Source of the DNA: a virus
Taxonomy: Duplodnaviria > Caudoviricetes
DNA: 61,459 nucleotides
Strand: one strand, 5' to 3'
IMG/VR virus record: IMGVR_UViG_3300032299_000267
Span: 1 to 61,459 of that record
Part shown: positions 46,615-55,218 of the stretch, piece after piece
Position numbering within the stretch: position 1 is the first letter of the stretch
How the letters are laid out: every line of letters begins with the position of its first letter
Translations under genes and position numbers: made by a program
Notes under the pieces: model-generated
Databases searched by the model: none
What the model was told of the DNA's origin: nothing
Seen by the model: only the letters and a program-made list of their open reading frames with translations

Positions 46615-46785
46615 ATGAAAGAAGGAGAGTGGATTAAGGATCATCTGCGGGAGTTTGCAGATCGTTTGGAGCAGTCGGTGATAGAGCGGGAAAGAGAAAG
46701 AGCGGCAATCATTTGCCACTACTACAGAGATTGGCAGGATAACCCTGCTGAAGCCATAGCTACGGCTATATTAAAAGGAGAGTGA
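46615..46785 (+). CDS. Small hypothetical protein
   Basis: GGAGG RBS; ERERAAIIC...AIATAILKGE. Confidence 0.65.
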   Translation: MKEGEWIKDHLREFADRLEQSVIERERERAAIICHYYRDWQDNPAEAIATAILKGE

Positions 46786-46787
46786 AG

Positions 46788-47453
46788 ATGGATATGAAAG
46801 TCAAAGAAACATCAGTAGTTATTTCTGCACCCAATTTCCAGGCAGTCGATGTTCTGCTACAGGGTACAGCGCCGCTAGTCGTTGAGCGGTTTAGCAAGAA
46901 GGCAGAACTAATGGCTAAGATGGCAGAGGGTAAGTCTGCCGGTAGCAAGAAGGTTCGTGATGCCCGCGACTATGACAAAGAAGCAGAGGCCGCACGTTAC
47001 CGCTCAGAAGAAAACTGGGAAGGCATGAACGCTGCTGCTTTCCGCGCCGGTATGATCAGCGCATGTCGCTTAGTAGGTTTTAAGATGACGCTCGCCAAGC
47101 TATCAACATTTGTTGTGGCTGACGGCTTTGATCTCCAAGATGGCATACCGCTTATCCGTATCTATGGCACTAGCGAAACCTATACAGCTCACACACGCAA
47201 CGCTACGGGCGTGGTTGATGTCCGTAGCCGTCCCATGTACCGTGAGTGGGCGGCACGTTTGCGTATACGTTTTGATTCGGATCAGTTCACAGCACAAGAT
47301 GTCTACAACTTAGTCAGCCGCGTTGGGTTGCAGGTAGGTATAGGTGCAGGACGTCCTGACTCTAAGGCTTCCGCTGGCTGTGGTTTTGGTACGTTTGAAA
47401 TTGTGCCCAACGACAAAGAGAAAGAAGTCGTAAAGAAATTCGGCATTAAGTAA
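46788..47453 (+). CDS. Stand-alone RAMP-superfamily (Cas7/Csm3-like) protein; putative effector of the adjacent GGY-NN array (VIPR-like)
   Basis: N-terminal strand VLLQGTAPL, GMNAAAFRAGMISA helix, RPMYREW...IRFD, and C-terminal glycine-rich loop GLQVGIGAGRP...GCGFGTF. AAGGAG RBS; alternative GTG start at 46782. Confidence 0.75.
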   Translation: MDMKVKETSVVISAPNFQAVDVLLQGTAPLVVERFSKKAELMAKMAEGKSAGSKKVRDARDYDKEAEAARYRSEENWEGMNAAAFRAGMISACRLVGFKMTLAKLSTFVVADGFDLQDGIPLIRIYGTSETYTAHTRNATGVVDVRSRPMYREWAARLRIRFDSDQFTAQDVYNLVSRVGLQVGIGAGRPDSKASAGCGFGTFEIVPNDKEKEVVKKFGIK

Positions 47454-47457
47454 TTAA

Positions 47458-47970
47458 GGCAGGCCCGTCGTGGTGAGTTGCGATCCGGCCCGGTTGGGCA
47501 AGGCAGGCTAGGTTGGGCGCGGCATGGTAGTGCGAGGTGGGGCGAGGTTTGGTTTGGCAAAGCAGGTCAGGCGAGGTTTGTTGGGGTATGTTGCGTTGCT
47601 GCGCGGCTTGGTTCGTTAAGGCAGGCAAGTTCCGGCTGGGCGGGGCACGGTGCGGTTCGTTTCGGCAGGTAGGGTGGGGAGAGGCGAGTTCCGGTAAGGT
47701 AGGTTAGGTGTGGCGGGGCAGGCACGGTATGGCTGGGCGGCGTGTGTTCTGGCATGGTTTGGTATGGCAGGCATGGCACAGTGGGGAGAGTCCAGGCGGG
47801 GCAGCGTGCGGTAAGGTTCGATACGGCAGGTAAGGCGAGGCGAGTTCGGGTAAAGCGAGGTTTGGAAAGGCAGGCGGGGTTAGGCGGCGCAAGGTGGAGT
47901 TAGGAGTGGTGCGGTGAGGCAGGTGAGGCGGGGCGGGGTTTGGTCGGGCACGGTAAGACATGGCAGGTAA
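47458..47970 (+). repeat. Non-coding GGY-NN pentamer array punctuated by GGCA tetramers (~10 units; putative guide-RNA array)
   Basis: Parses completely into 93 pentamers and 12 tetramers (513 bp). Delimiters at 47458, 47502, 47561 (AGCA), 47620, 47664, 47717, 47766, 47825, 47869, 47918, 47962, plus GGTA at 47698. Confidence 0.9.
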
Positions 47971-47987
47971 ACTTTAAGGAGATCAAC

Positions 47988-48470
47988 ATGGAAGTAATGA
48001 AAGCAGAAGCACTAGCAGAAGAACGCAAGCTATTAGAAAAGATTGCCAATAAAAATGGCGGCTTGTTGATGGTTGATGATGTACTGGATGAAGCTAGAAA
48101 TCCTAAGTCAATCCTCCACAAACATTTCCAGTGGGATGATGACAAGGCCGCAGAAGCTTATCGCAAGATGCAGGCACGGCAGCTTATCCAGAAGTGCGTA
48201 GTCACAATTGAGAAAGCGCCAGACGTTCCTATTCGTGCGTTTGTAAGTCTATCTACCGACCAGTACGAGGGCGGTGGCTATCGCATGACGGCTAATGTTC
48301 TTTCAGATGATCAACAGAAAGGTCAGTTACTACACGATATGCACCTCACATTATTGAGGTGGAAGAAGCAAGTGAATTTGTTGGACACAGAGACAGAAGA
48401 AATCCTTAACCGATTGGAGCAACTTATCACTCGCCGCGTAAGTGATCGTCGTGATGGGGCTAGGCCATGA
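47988..48470 (+). CDS. Partner protein downstream of the array, unknown function
   Basis: AAGGAG RBS before ATG 47988; VLDEARNPKSILHKHFQWDDDKAAEAYRKMQARQLI. Confidence 0.75.
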   Translation: MEVMKAEALAEERKLLEKIANKNGGLLMVDDVLDEARNPKSILHKHFQWDDDKAAEAYRKMQARQLIQKCVVTIEKAPDVPIRAFVSLSTDQYEGGGYRMTANVLSDDQQKGQLLHDMHLTLLRWKKQVNLLDTETEEILNRLEQLITRRVSDRRDGARP

Positions 48471-49588
48471 TTCAGTTCAACAGATACCGTTTGCCGGACG
48501 AATCAATAGACTTTAATTTGTCGTTTATCGGGTTATGCAATGCAATTGCATCGCAAATCAATGGTAATTGCGACAAAGCAATACAAACATTGCTGTCTTT
48601 GTCCGAAAAATATACACACAATTCGGACAGGCTGGCGGCGGTGGCAGCCAGGATGTACTTTTGGGGCAAGATGAGCTGGAATGATTTAGAAAAGCTGCTG
48701 CCGGAAAGATTGCCATTAACTTTTTTGTACAAGCAGGAACTGGTGGGGTGTTTGGGTTTGGAGCAGGCCGCCCGCAAATGGCGGATCACCGAAGACGATT
48801 GGAATTTGTATCAAGGCTTTACACACGATACATACTTTGAAAGAAAGGTAAGCACGGAAGGAGTAATATACCGCCCTCGTAACGCAGGATTCTTTTCAAC
48901 CGTAGAGAACATGATTGCCGCCCAAATTATTGCAGAATTGGAAGGCAAGCAGCTACTTGTTGACTTGAATGGTAACTGGTGGCCATACAAAGAACCGTTT
49001 GAAGAGATCTTTAATGAGTCATTTGCGTTCACACGACTCACTAATGTGCCAGAGATTGGTTTTGATTACGTCAGAAGTGGGTGGTTAAATCCGTCAAACG
49101 AAACGGCATCATACTTAGCAGACATGAAACTATGGGCGTATACCGCGATCATGGATGACATAAGTAGGATCGCGCCATCCATCCCATGCATGGACGCATC
49201 TGGCGTTATGTTCGTGCGCGGCGGTGACAAGCTACAGACTGAGACCATCCTGCCACCCGTGTCGTTGTTACAGCGGGACTTGCGGTGGATGAGTCGTAGG
49301 TGTGAGGATAGGTACCTGCTGTCGGATGATAAGAATGTAGGTGAGGCTGTTGCTGCGCTAGATTCGACTGTAATTAACCACAGCGACCAGGTCGAAGGCG
49401 GTTATCATCATAGGTACGGTGAGAAGGTTAGCTGTATGCCTATTCTAAAAAACTATATGTACATGCTCGAAGCAAAAGAAAACTTCTCTTGCCCGTCGGC
49501 GAACATTGTCAACGCTGCGCAATGGAGTCGCAACGATAGCCAGAACAATAGTTTGTCAAATCCAGTCTATCGGTATCTTTTAATTTAG
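48467..49588 (+). CDS. GT-B fucosyltransferase-like (GT23/NodZ-like) protein
   Basis: AGFFSTV, FVRGGDK (compare HVRRxDK), LLSDD, SANIV motifs. Confidence 0.55.
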   Translation: MIQFNRYRLPDESIDFNLSFIGLCNAIASQINGNCDKAIQTLLSLSEKYTHNSDRLAAVAARMYFWGKMSWNDLEKLLPERLPLTFLYKQELVGCLGLEQAARKWRITEDDWNLYQGFTHDTYFERKVSTEGVIYRPRNAGFFSTVENMIAAQIIAELEGKQLLVDLNGNWWPYKEPFEEIFNESFAFTRLTNVPEIGFDYVRSGWLNPSNETASYLADMKLWAYTAIMDDISRIAPSIPCMDASGVMFVRGGDKLQTETILPPVSLLQRDLRWMSRRCEDRYLLSDDKNVGEAVAALDSTVINHSDQVEGGYHHRYGEKVSCMPILKNYMYMLEAKENFSCPSANIVNAAQWSRNDSQNNSLSNPVYRYLLI

Positions 49589-49602
49589 CGTTATATATTT
49601 AT

Positions 49603-50739
49603 ATGAAAACACTACTCGACTTAGGTACACAGCCGCTCGTCAATAATTTATGTGAGACGAAAGAAGATTCTCTATCCGTAAAAAGGTATCGCCTGCGCGC
49701 TGAGATAGCGGACGATATTCTAATTAATTTGGATGCAGAATCTACCGTGCCGCCCGATGAATTATTTGGACACTACCTATATAGGTCGGGTGTCAACATA
49801 CCGTACATCAGTCATTGCGACGGCATGGCAGAGCTATTTGTTAGCAGCCGCAGAGGCACTGTCATTGATGTTGGGGGTAATGATGGCACGTTGTTAAAAT
49901 CATTCCGGCGCACGATGGGGATACAGAATCTCATTAATGTAGACGCAAGCAGCAGCATGAGGGAAGACAATGAATCTGCGGGTATTAAATATGTAGAAGG
50001 GTATTTCAGTTCTGACATGGATTTACCCACCGCAGACATTATTACTAGCACCAACGTGTTTCAACACACCAGTGACGTACATAAATTCTTAGCTGCGATA
50101 GTCAAACATCTGCACGACGACGGCATCTGGCTGCTTGAATTTCCGTACACACTAAACACTCTCAAGACTTTGCAGTTCGATCAGTTTTATCATGAACATT
50201 ATTTTTATTGGTTGATGACTCCGCTTATCAAATTACTTAGCACGTATCAGTTAGAAGTGATACATGTAGAGGAACACTACATTCATGGCGGCAGTCTGAG
50301 GTTACTTATCAGCAAAGATAAGGATAGCTGGCACAAGTTTGACTATGCTAAGTATGTAGAGATGGAAATTGGTTTTGATTATCAAGGCTGGAATGACAGA
50401 GTTGCTGACAAAATAAAAAAAGACAAAGAATTTATTGAGAATTTACATGGTACGGTTGCGTTCTTTGGGGCAGCAGCCAAGGGTTGTGTGTATTTAAATG
50501 CGTTGGATCTTCAGGCGAGTGATAAGTATTTATACATCGTGGATGATACACCCGCAAAAGAAGGTAAGTGGATGCCAGGCACTGGATTGCAGGTAGTGGC
50601 AAGAGATTCACTGCGGTACCAGATACCAGATAATTTAATCATCTTAGCCCACAACTTTGCAGATCATATTATTAAATCATTAGGTGGCTATGATGGAAAC
50701 ATCATTACCATGTATGGCGATAATCATGGAAACATTTGA
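49603..50739 (+). CDS. NDP-sugar C-methyltransferase-like SAM protein
   Basis: LDLGTQPLVN, IDVGGNDGTLL, TNVFQH, FDQFYHEH, IHGGSLR, FGAAAKG, DDTPAKEG. Confidence 0.85.
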   Translation: MKTLLDLGTQPLVNNLCETKEDSLSVKRYRLRAEIADDILINLDAESTVPPDELFGHYLYRSGVNIPYISHCDGMAELFVSSRRGTVIDVGGNDGTLLKSFRRTMGIQNLINVDASSSMREDNESAGIKYVEGYFSSDMDLPTADIITSTNVFQHTSDVHKFLAAIVKHLHDDGIWLLEFPYTLNTLKTLQFDQFYHEHYFYWLMTPLIKLLSTYQLEVIHVEEHYIHGGSLRLLISKDKDSWHKFDYAKYVEMEIGFDYQGWNDRVADKIKKDKEFIENLHGTVAFFGAAAKGCVYLNALDLQASDKYLYIVDDTPAKEGKWMPGTGLQVVARDSLRYQIPDNLIILAHNFADHIIKSLGGYDGNIITMYGDNHGNI

Positions 50740-50842
50740 ATTTCTTACATTGCTGGGCGGCATCATGATTGGTGCCGGTGTGTCTTTACTTTTACTTGCG
50801 GCAGCAGCTGCATATTTTTTAGGGGAATTTGATGAATCTTAA
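50726..50842 (+). CDS. Tiny membrane peptide (38 aa, below cutoff)
   Basis: METFEFLTLLGGIMIGAGVSLLLLAAAAAYFL...; overlaps both neighbours. Confidence 0.4.
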   Translation: METFEFLTLLGGIMIGAGVSLLLLAAAAAYFLGEFDES

Positions 50843-51638
50843 TCTTGATAAAATTAAAATCGACGGCGGTACACAGAGCCGTGCAAAGATAGATCAAGAT
50901 GTTGTAGCAGAGTATGCGGATCTGATAAAGAGCGGCACTATTTTCCCGCCAGTCACAGTGTTTTATGATGGCGTGGATTACATTCTGGCAGATGGTTTCC
51001 ATAGATATTTTGCTAATCGCAAAGCAGGAACACCTAATTTTGAGGTGCAGTTGCATGAAGGCACGTTGCGAGATGCAATCCTGTATTCGTTTAGTGCTAA
51101 TGATTCGCACGGACTGCGCCGCACATCGGCAGACAAACGCAAAGCAGTAACAGCGATGTTAGAAGATATAGAGTGGCAAGACTGGTCGGATCGTGAGATA
51201 GCTAAACATTGCCGTGTCAGCTCAATGCTAGTCGGTACTATCCGCAAAGATTTAGGTGCAACAAAAAAAGAAACTAAGTTTATGCGTAACGGCAAGGAAG
51301 TTACACAAACAGAAAAGCCGAAGAAAAAAGATGACCCAGTAGAAACATTTAACCAAGCGGAAATCAACGCAGAGATACAGAAAGCGGCAACAGATAGTTT
51401 GCAGAAAGAGAACGAAAATCTTAAAGATCAACTAACAGTTGCACTTGCAGCAAGCACGGATGATGCAGAGAAAGAAAAAGCTACGTCAATAATTAAAGAT
51501 TTACGTTCACAAATTAGACTGTTAGAGATAGAATTAAAAGAGATCACGATTAGCAGAGATACCTATCAGAGAGAAAACGGTGAACTTAAAAAACAAGTTA
51601 CATCGTTATTAAAGAAGGTTAAAAAACTAGAAGTGTAA
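50832..51638 (+). CDS. ParB/Srx-like domain + HTH + coiled-coil protein
   Basis: FPPVTVF...LADGFHRY; WSDREIAKHCRVS. Confidence 0.8.
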   Translation: MNLNLDKIKIDGGTQSRAKIDQDVVAEYADLIKSGTIFPPVTVFYDGVDYILADGFHRYFANRKAGTPNFEVQLHEGTLRDAILYSFSANDSHGLRRTSADKRKAVTAMLEDIEWQDWSDREIAKHCRVSSMLVGTIRKDLGATKKETKFMRNGKEVTQTEKPKKKDDPVETFNQAEINAEIQKAATDSLQKENENLKDQLTVALAASTDDAEKEKATSIIKDLRSQIRLLEIELKEITISRDTYQRENGELKKQVTSLLKKVKKLEV

Positions 51639-51679
51639 TCGCCCAAACCGGCGGGCGCGTGTGCCGGTAGGAGAAATTA

Positions 51680-53167
51680 ATGTTACAACTAAGAGACTAT
51701 CAACAAGAAGCAATACAAAAACTTAGAGAAGGATTTGCAGCAGGACACAGATCACAATTACTTTACTTAGGCACAGGCGGTGGCAAGACAGAGATTGCCA
51801 TTGCCATGCTTGAGGCGGCAAAGAAAAAGGGCAGCAAGGCTGCAATGATTCTTGATCGAATTGTTTTGTGTGATCAAACATCTCGCAGATTAGATAAATA
51901 TTCAGTTGATCATGGAGTATTACAATCAGGTCATTGGAGATATAAGCCCTACGAAAACATCCAAGTTTGCTCTGCTCAAACTTTAGAAAAGCGTGGGGAT
52001 TTTCCTGGCCTTGATTTGTTAGTGATAGATGAATGCCACGCCCAACGCAGACATACCATCCAGTTTATCAAAGACAATCCACACGTAAAAGTTGTTGGGT
52101 TATCTGCTAGTCCATTTACCAAAGGTTTGGGCGGTACCTATTCCAATGTTGTATCTCCTGTCACTACCAAACAGTTAGTGGATCGTGGCTCGCTTGTTCC
52201 TCTGCGTGTTTTTATAGCCAAAGAAGTAGATATGGAAGGGGCTAAAAAAGTAGCAGGGGAATGGAGCCAGGCTGATGCTAGTGAGCGTGGCATGAAGATT
52301 ACAGGCGATGTTGTTTCAGAGTGGAGCAAGAAGGTTCGTGAGATATTTGATGGCAACCCAGTTAAAACAATTGTGTTTGCTGCTGGTGTAGCCCACGGCG
52401 CTGACTTGGCTGAAAAGTTTCAAAACATTGGATATAACTTTGTTTCACTTAGTTACAAAGATGATGATGAGTACAAGCGAAATGTTATTGATGATTTTGC
52501 CAAGCCTGACAGCAAGATTGTTGGGCTTATCGCGTGCGACATTCTCACCAAGGGATTTGATAACGAGTATGTGCAGATAGGTATCTCTGCGCGTCCGTTC
52601 TCAAAGAGCTTCTCTTCTCATGTGCAGCAGATGGGTAGGGTGCTGCGTGCCAATCAACACAACCCAGAGTCTAAACCGTTTGCTGTGTGGTTGGATCACA
52701 GCGGTAACTACCTGCGCTTTCGTAAAGATTGGGAAGAGCTGTATGAGAACGGCGTAACTGATCTTGATGATAGCAAAGAGAAGCCAAAGAAAGAACTGAC
52801 AGAGAAAGAAAAGAAAGAAAGCAAGTGCCATGTGTGCTACGCGCTGTGGCCTAAAGGTAGCGACACTTGTTACAACTGCGGTGCTGTACGCGAGCGCAAG
52901 AATCTTATAGAAGAAGTAAACGGTGTAATGGAGGAGTTGAGCGGAGCTGCGGCAAAGGATAGCAAGCAGGAGTTCTGGAATCAAATGATTTGGTATATGA
53001 AGGTGCAGGGATGGTCTAAAGGTCGGGCGTCTAATACATACAAAGATAAGTTTGGCGTCTGGCCTCGCGGTTTGCGGGATGATATGCCAGCTCTGCCGTC
53101 GGATGAAACAAGGCGGTTCGTAGATAAAAAACTTCGTCAGTTCTTGCGTAGTGTGGGGAGAAAATAA
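51680..53167 (+). CDS. Superfamily 2 helicase with C-terminal zinc ribbon
   Basis: LRDYQ, TGGGKT, DECH, SAS, QMGRVLR, CxxC...CxxC. Confidence 0.92.
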   Translation: MLQLRDYQQEAIQKLREGFAAGHRSQLLYLGTGGGKTEIAIAMLEAAKKKGSKAAMILDRIVLCDQTSRRLDKYSVDHGVLQSGHWRYKPYENIQVCSAQTLEKRGDFPGLDLLVIDECHAQRRHTIQFIKDNPHVKVVGLSASPFTKGLGGTYSNVVSPVTTKQLVDRGSLVPLRVFIAKEVDMEGAKKVAGEWSQADASERGMKITGDVVSEWSKKVREIFDGNPVKTIVFAAGVAHGADLAEKFQNIGYNFVSLSYKDDDEYKRNVIDDFAKPDSKIVGLIACDILTKGFDNEYVQIGISARPFSKSFSSHVQQMGRVLRANQHNPESKPFAVWLDHSGNYLRFRKDWEELYENGVTDLDDSKEKPKKELTEKEKKESKCHVCYALWPKGSDTCYNCGAVRERKNLIEEVNGVMEELSGAAAKDSKQEFWNQMIWYMKVQGWSKGRASNTYKDKFGVWPRGLRDDMPALPSDETRRFVDKKLRQFLRSVGRK

Positions 53168-54012
53168 TGGACTTCATACAATTCGCCCGCCTGCATGGCA
53201 TTATCATTCACGACCTGCCACCGCTCGGTGTATGGAAAAGATATTCAACAGAGGATCATCCACGCTCAAAGAATGGCGCGGTAAAGTTTATGGGGGACGT
53301 TGGGTTTGTGCAGAATCACGCGACAAGTACAGTCGTCAGCATATGGAAGCCTGACTCTCGAAATGCGCCGATAGATCGTGCGTCTGCTCTTGTATCAATC
53401 AGGAAGGCTGAGGACGAGCAGAAAAAAAGACAGCACCAGGCTATGCAGAGGGCGGTAGGTATGCTTAACGGCAGCGGACTTAGCACTCACCCATACCTTG
53501 AAAACAAGGGATTCCCTGATGAGCAGGGAAATGTACTGTGGCAGGACGGTAAACCTGTGCTTCTGATCCCGATGCGGGTAGGTGGTAACTTGGTCGGCTT
53601 GCAGCAGATAGATAAGGACGGCGGGAAGAAATTTTTGTATGGACAACGTACTAACAACGCTGTGTTCACGTTCGATAACAAGGGCATGAATGTGTTGTGC
53701 GAGGGCTACGCTACTGCTCTGTCTGTGCGTCTGGCATTTAAGCAGATGAAACAACGTTACACGCTGCACGTATGTTTCAGCGCGGGGAACATGGCGAAAA
53801 TGGCGGCAGGGCTTGAGCCTGGGCTTCTGATCGCTGACAACGACGAGAGCGGTACAGGGCAGCGCGTGGCAGAGGAAAGCGGTTGGAAGTATTGGCTGTC
53901 TGATCGCGTGGGAGAGGACGCTAACGACACTCACCGTCGGATCGGTTTGTTCGGATTTACACAAAGCCTGACCCAGTTAATGCGAGACGTCGGTTCGGTT
54001 AGGCATGGTTAA
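53167..54012 (+). CDS. TOPRIM-domain primase
   Basis: HPYL..KG, LQQID.DG.KKFL, CEGYATA, ADND, DAND. Confidence 0.85.
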   Translation: MDFIQFARLHGIIIHDLPPLGVWKRYSTEDHPRSKNGAVKFMGDVGFVQNHATSTVVSIWKPDSRNAPIDRASALVSIRKAEDEQKKRQHQAMQRAVGMLNGSGLSTHPYLENKGFPDEQGNVLWQDGKPVLLIPMRVGGNLVGLQQIDKDGGKKFLYGQRTNNAVFTFDNKGMNVLCEGYATALSVRLAFKQMKQRYTLHVCFSAGNMAKMAAGLEPGLLIADNDESGTGQRVAEESGWKYWLSDRVGEDANDTHRRIGLFGFTQSLTQLMRDVGSVRHG

Positions 54013-54180
54013 TGAGAGTGCGCCGTCAGTATAGGGTACGATAGATGAGAGCGATTGCATGATCTCTATCCCAAGATTTAAGCATCGCTCTCCCCTTCCT
54101 GAATAATCAGATACTACGCGCACGTTCCCATCTTCATCTTCTAAAAGGTGAATTGAGAACGTGGCGGGGTGGTTATTCAT
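53977..54180 (-). CDS. Hypothetical protein
   Basis: 67 aa at the end of the leftward early cluster. Confidence 0.55.
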   Translation of the reverse strand: MNNHPATFSIHLLEDEDGNVRVVSDYSGRGERCLNLGIEIMQSLSSIVPYTDGALSLTMPNRTDVSH

Positions 54181-54382
54181 GTGCGGATTCTAACTCATGG
54201 TAAAAAACATACGTTGACCCTATTATGTTTGCATGAAGTTCCTGATCCAATTCTTTTGCATTGAAAATATCTACCAATACTCCTTCGTCTGTTGTCTGAA
54301 TTTTGATAGAGAATCCGCACACATCAATCCAGATTGCGCCCTCATCATTCATTTTGTATGTTCCGTCTGATAATGTTTTCAC
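54173..54382 (-). CDS. Small early protein
   Basis: GTG start preceded by the AGGAGATCAGACG module. Confidence 0.65.
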   Translation of the reverse strand: MKTLSDGTYKMNDEGAIWIDVCGFSIKIQTTDEGVLVDIFNAKELDQELHANIIGSTYVFYHELESAHE

Positions 54383-54393
54383 CGTCTGATCTC

Positions 54394-54579
54394 CTATAAA
54401 GATTGTGCCCACAACATTTGTATGACTAGCATTTCTGTCATGTTTTCTACTTCTTCTTGTATCCATTCGTCTGAATATCCCTCGAATGGTTCCCATGCGG
54501 TAAGGTCGTCAACGTCTGCGTAAAAGTGCATAGTGGCTATTGCATGAGCGCGCTGTTTAATTTCATCTAATGTTTTCAT
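54394..54579 (-). CDS. Small early protein
   Basis: MKTLDEIK...; flanked by repeat modules. Confidence 0.7.
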   Translation of the reverse strand: MKTLDEIKQRAHAIATMHFYADVDDLTAWEPFEGYSDEWIQEEVENMTEMLVIQMLWAQSL

Positions 54580-54590
54580 CGTCTGATCTC

Positions 54591-54761
54591 CTATGCGTTG
54601 ACTACTAACTGCATCCATTTACCCTCTACTGGTAAATCGAAATCCTCTTTTTCATCGAATGTAAAAACGTCAAAATCATCTCCATCTGTCCATCCCCATG
54701 CGTTTGTCCAAAGTAATTCTGGTTTATTTACGTTTTCAATTACATAAGCGTCTAATATCAT
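54591..54761 (-). CDS. Small early protein (56 aa, below cutoff)
   Basis: MILDAYVIEN...LWTNAWGW...LPVEGKW; flanked by repeat modules. Confidence 0.7.
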   Translation of the reverse strand: MILDAYVIENVNKPELLWTNAWGWTDGDDFDVFTFDEKEDFDLPVEGKWMQLVVNA

Positions 54762-54772
54762 CGTCTGATCTC

Positions 54773-54955
54773 CTATATGTTGGCTAAGTGTTTTGCTTTA
54801 ACGACTGCCTGCGCGAGCGTCTGAAAGCGCATTAACAGGCATACGCGCTCGTCTGCATCTGTATCAAACAGCGCGACATTAAAACCTTTGTCCGTCTGAT
54901 AAATGCGTGATTCGATACCGTAATTCTCGTTTGGATAAGCTGCTATTTGTTGCAT
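54773..54955 (-). CDS. Small early protein
   Basis: 60 aa; flanked by repeat modules. Confidence 0.7.
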   Translation of the reverse strand: MQQIAAYPNENYGIESRIYQTDKGFNVALFDTDADERVCLLMRFQTLAQAVVKAKHLANI

Positions 54956-54967
54956 CGTCTGATCTCC

Positions 54968-55135
54968 TTATTGTTGGCACTCTGCACAAACCGCTCGCAT
55001 TTCGGGGTTCTCTCGTACCCATCTCAGCGCGGCGGCTTTCGTATCAAATCTCTGCCAGATGAAATAACCGCCTTGTCCATCTGCGACCATCTCAAAGCAT
55101 TTAATCCAACCGTACTCATTAAATTTAAGTTTCAT
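54968..55135 (-). CDS. Small early protein (55 aa, below cutoff)
   Basis: MKLKFNEYGW...; flanked by repeat modules. Confidence 0.65.
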   Translation of the reverse strand: MKLKFNEYGWIKCFEMVADGQGGYFIWQRFDTKAAALRWVRENPEMRAVCAECQQ

Positions 55136-55218
55136 CGTCTGATCTCCTGTATGTATTAGTTAATCACGCTCACAACTATTGCATTGTCAAGCGTGACCCA
55201 GTTAATTGTCAAGTGTTT

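Larger units (their letters stand above)
54380..55148 (-). repeat. Five copies of AGGAGATCAGACG(A/G)TG stop-SD-start module
   Basis: + strand CGTCTGATCTCCT at 54383, 54580, 54762, 54956 and 55136. Confidence 0.92.

Noticed and set aside
47458-47970. Canonical CRISPR array, simple microsatellite, or G-quadruplex-only explanation
   Set aside because: There are no 23-50 bp direct repeats with spacers. Units are non-identical yet strictly phased with regular punctuation. G4 formation is possible but does not explain the 4+5n grammar.
47303-48145. Several 60-85 aa ORFs on both strands over the G-rich array
   Set aside because: They are by-products of the 5-nt periodicity (G/R/W/A or P/C/L/T-rich translations), lack RBSs, and the tetramers break any codon phase.
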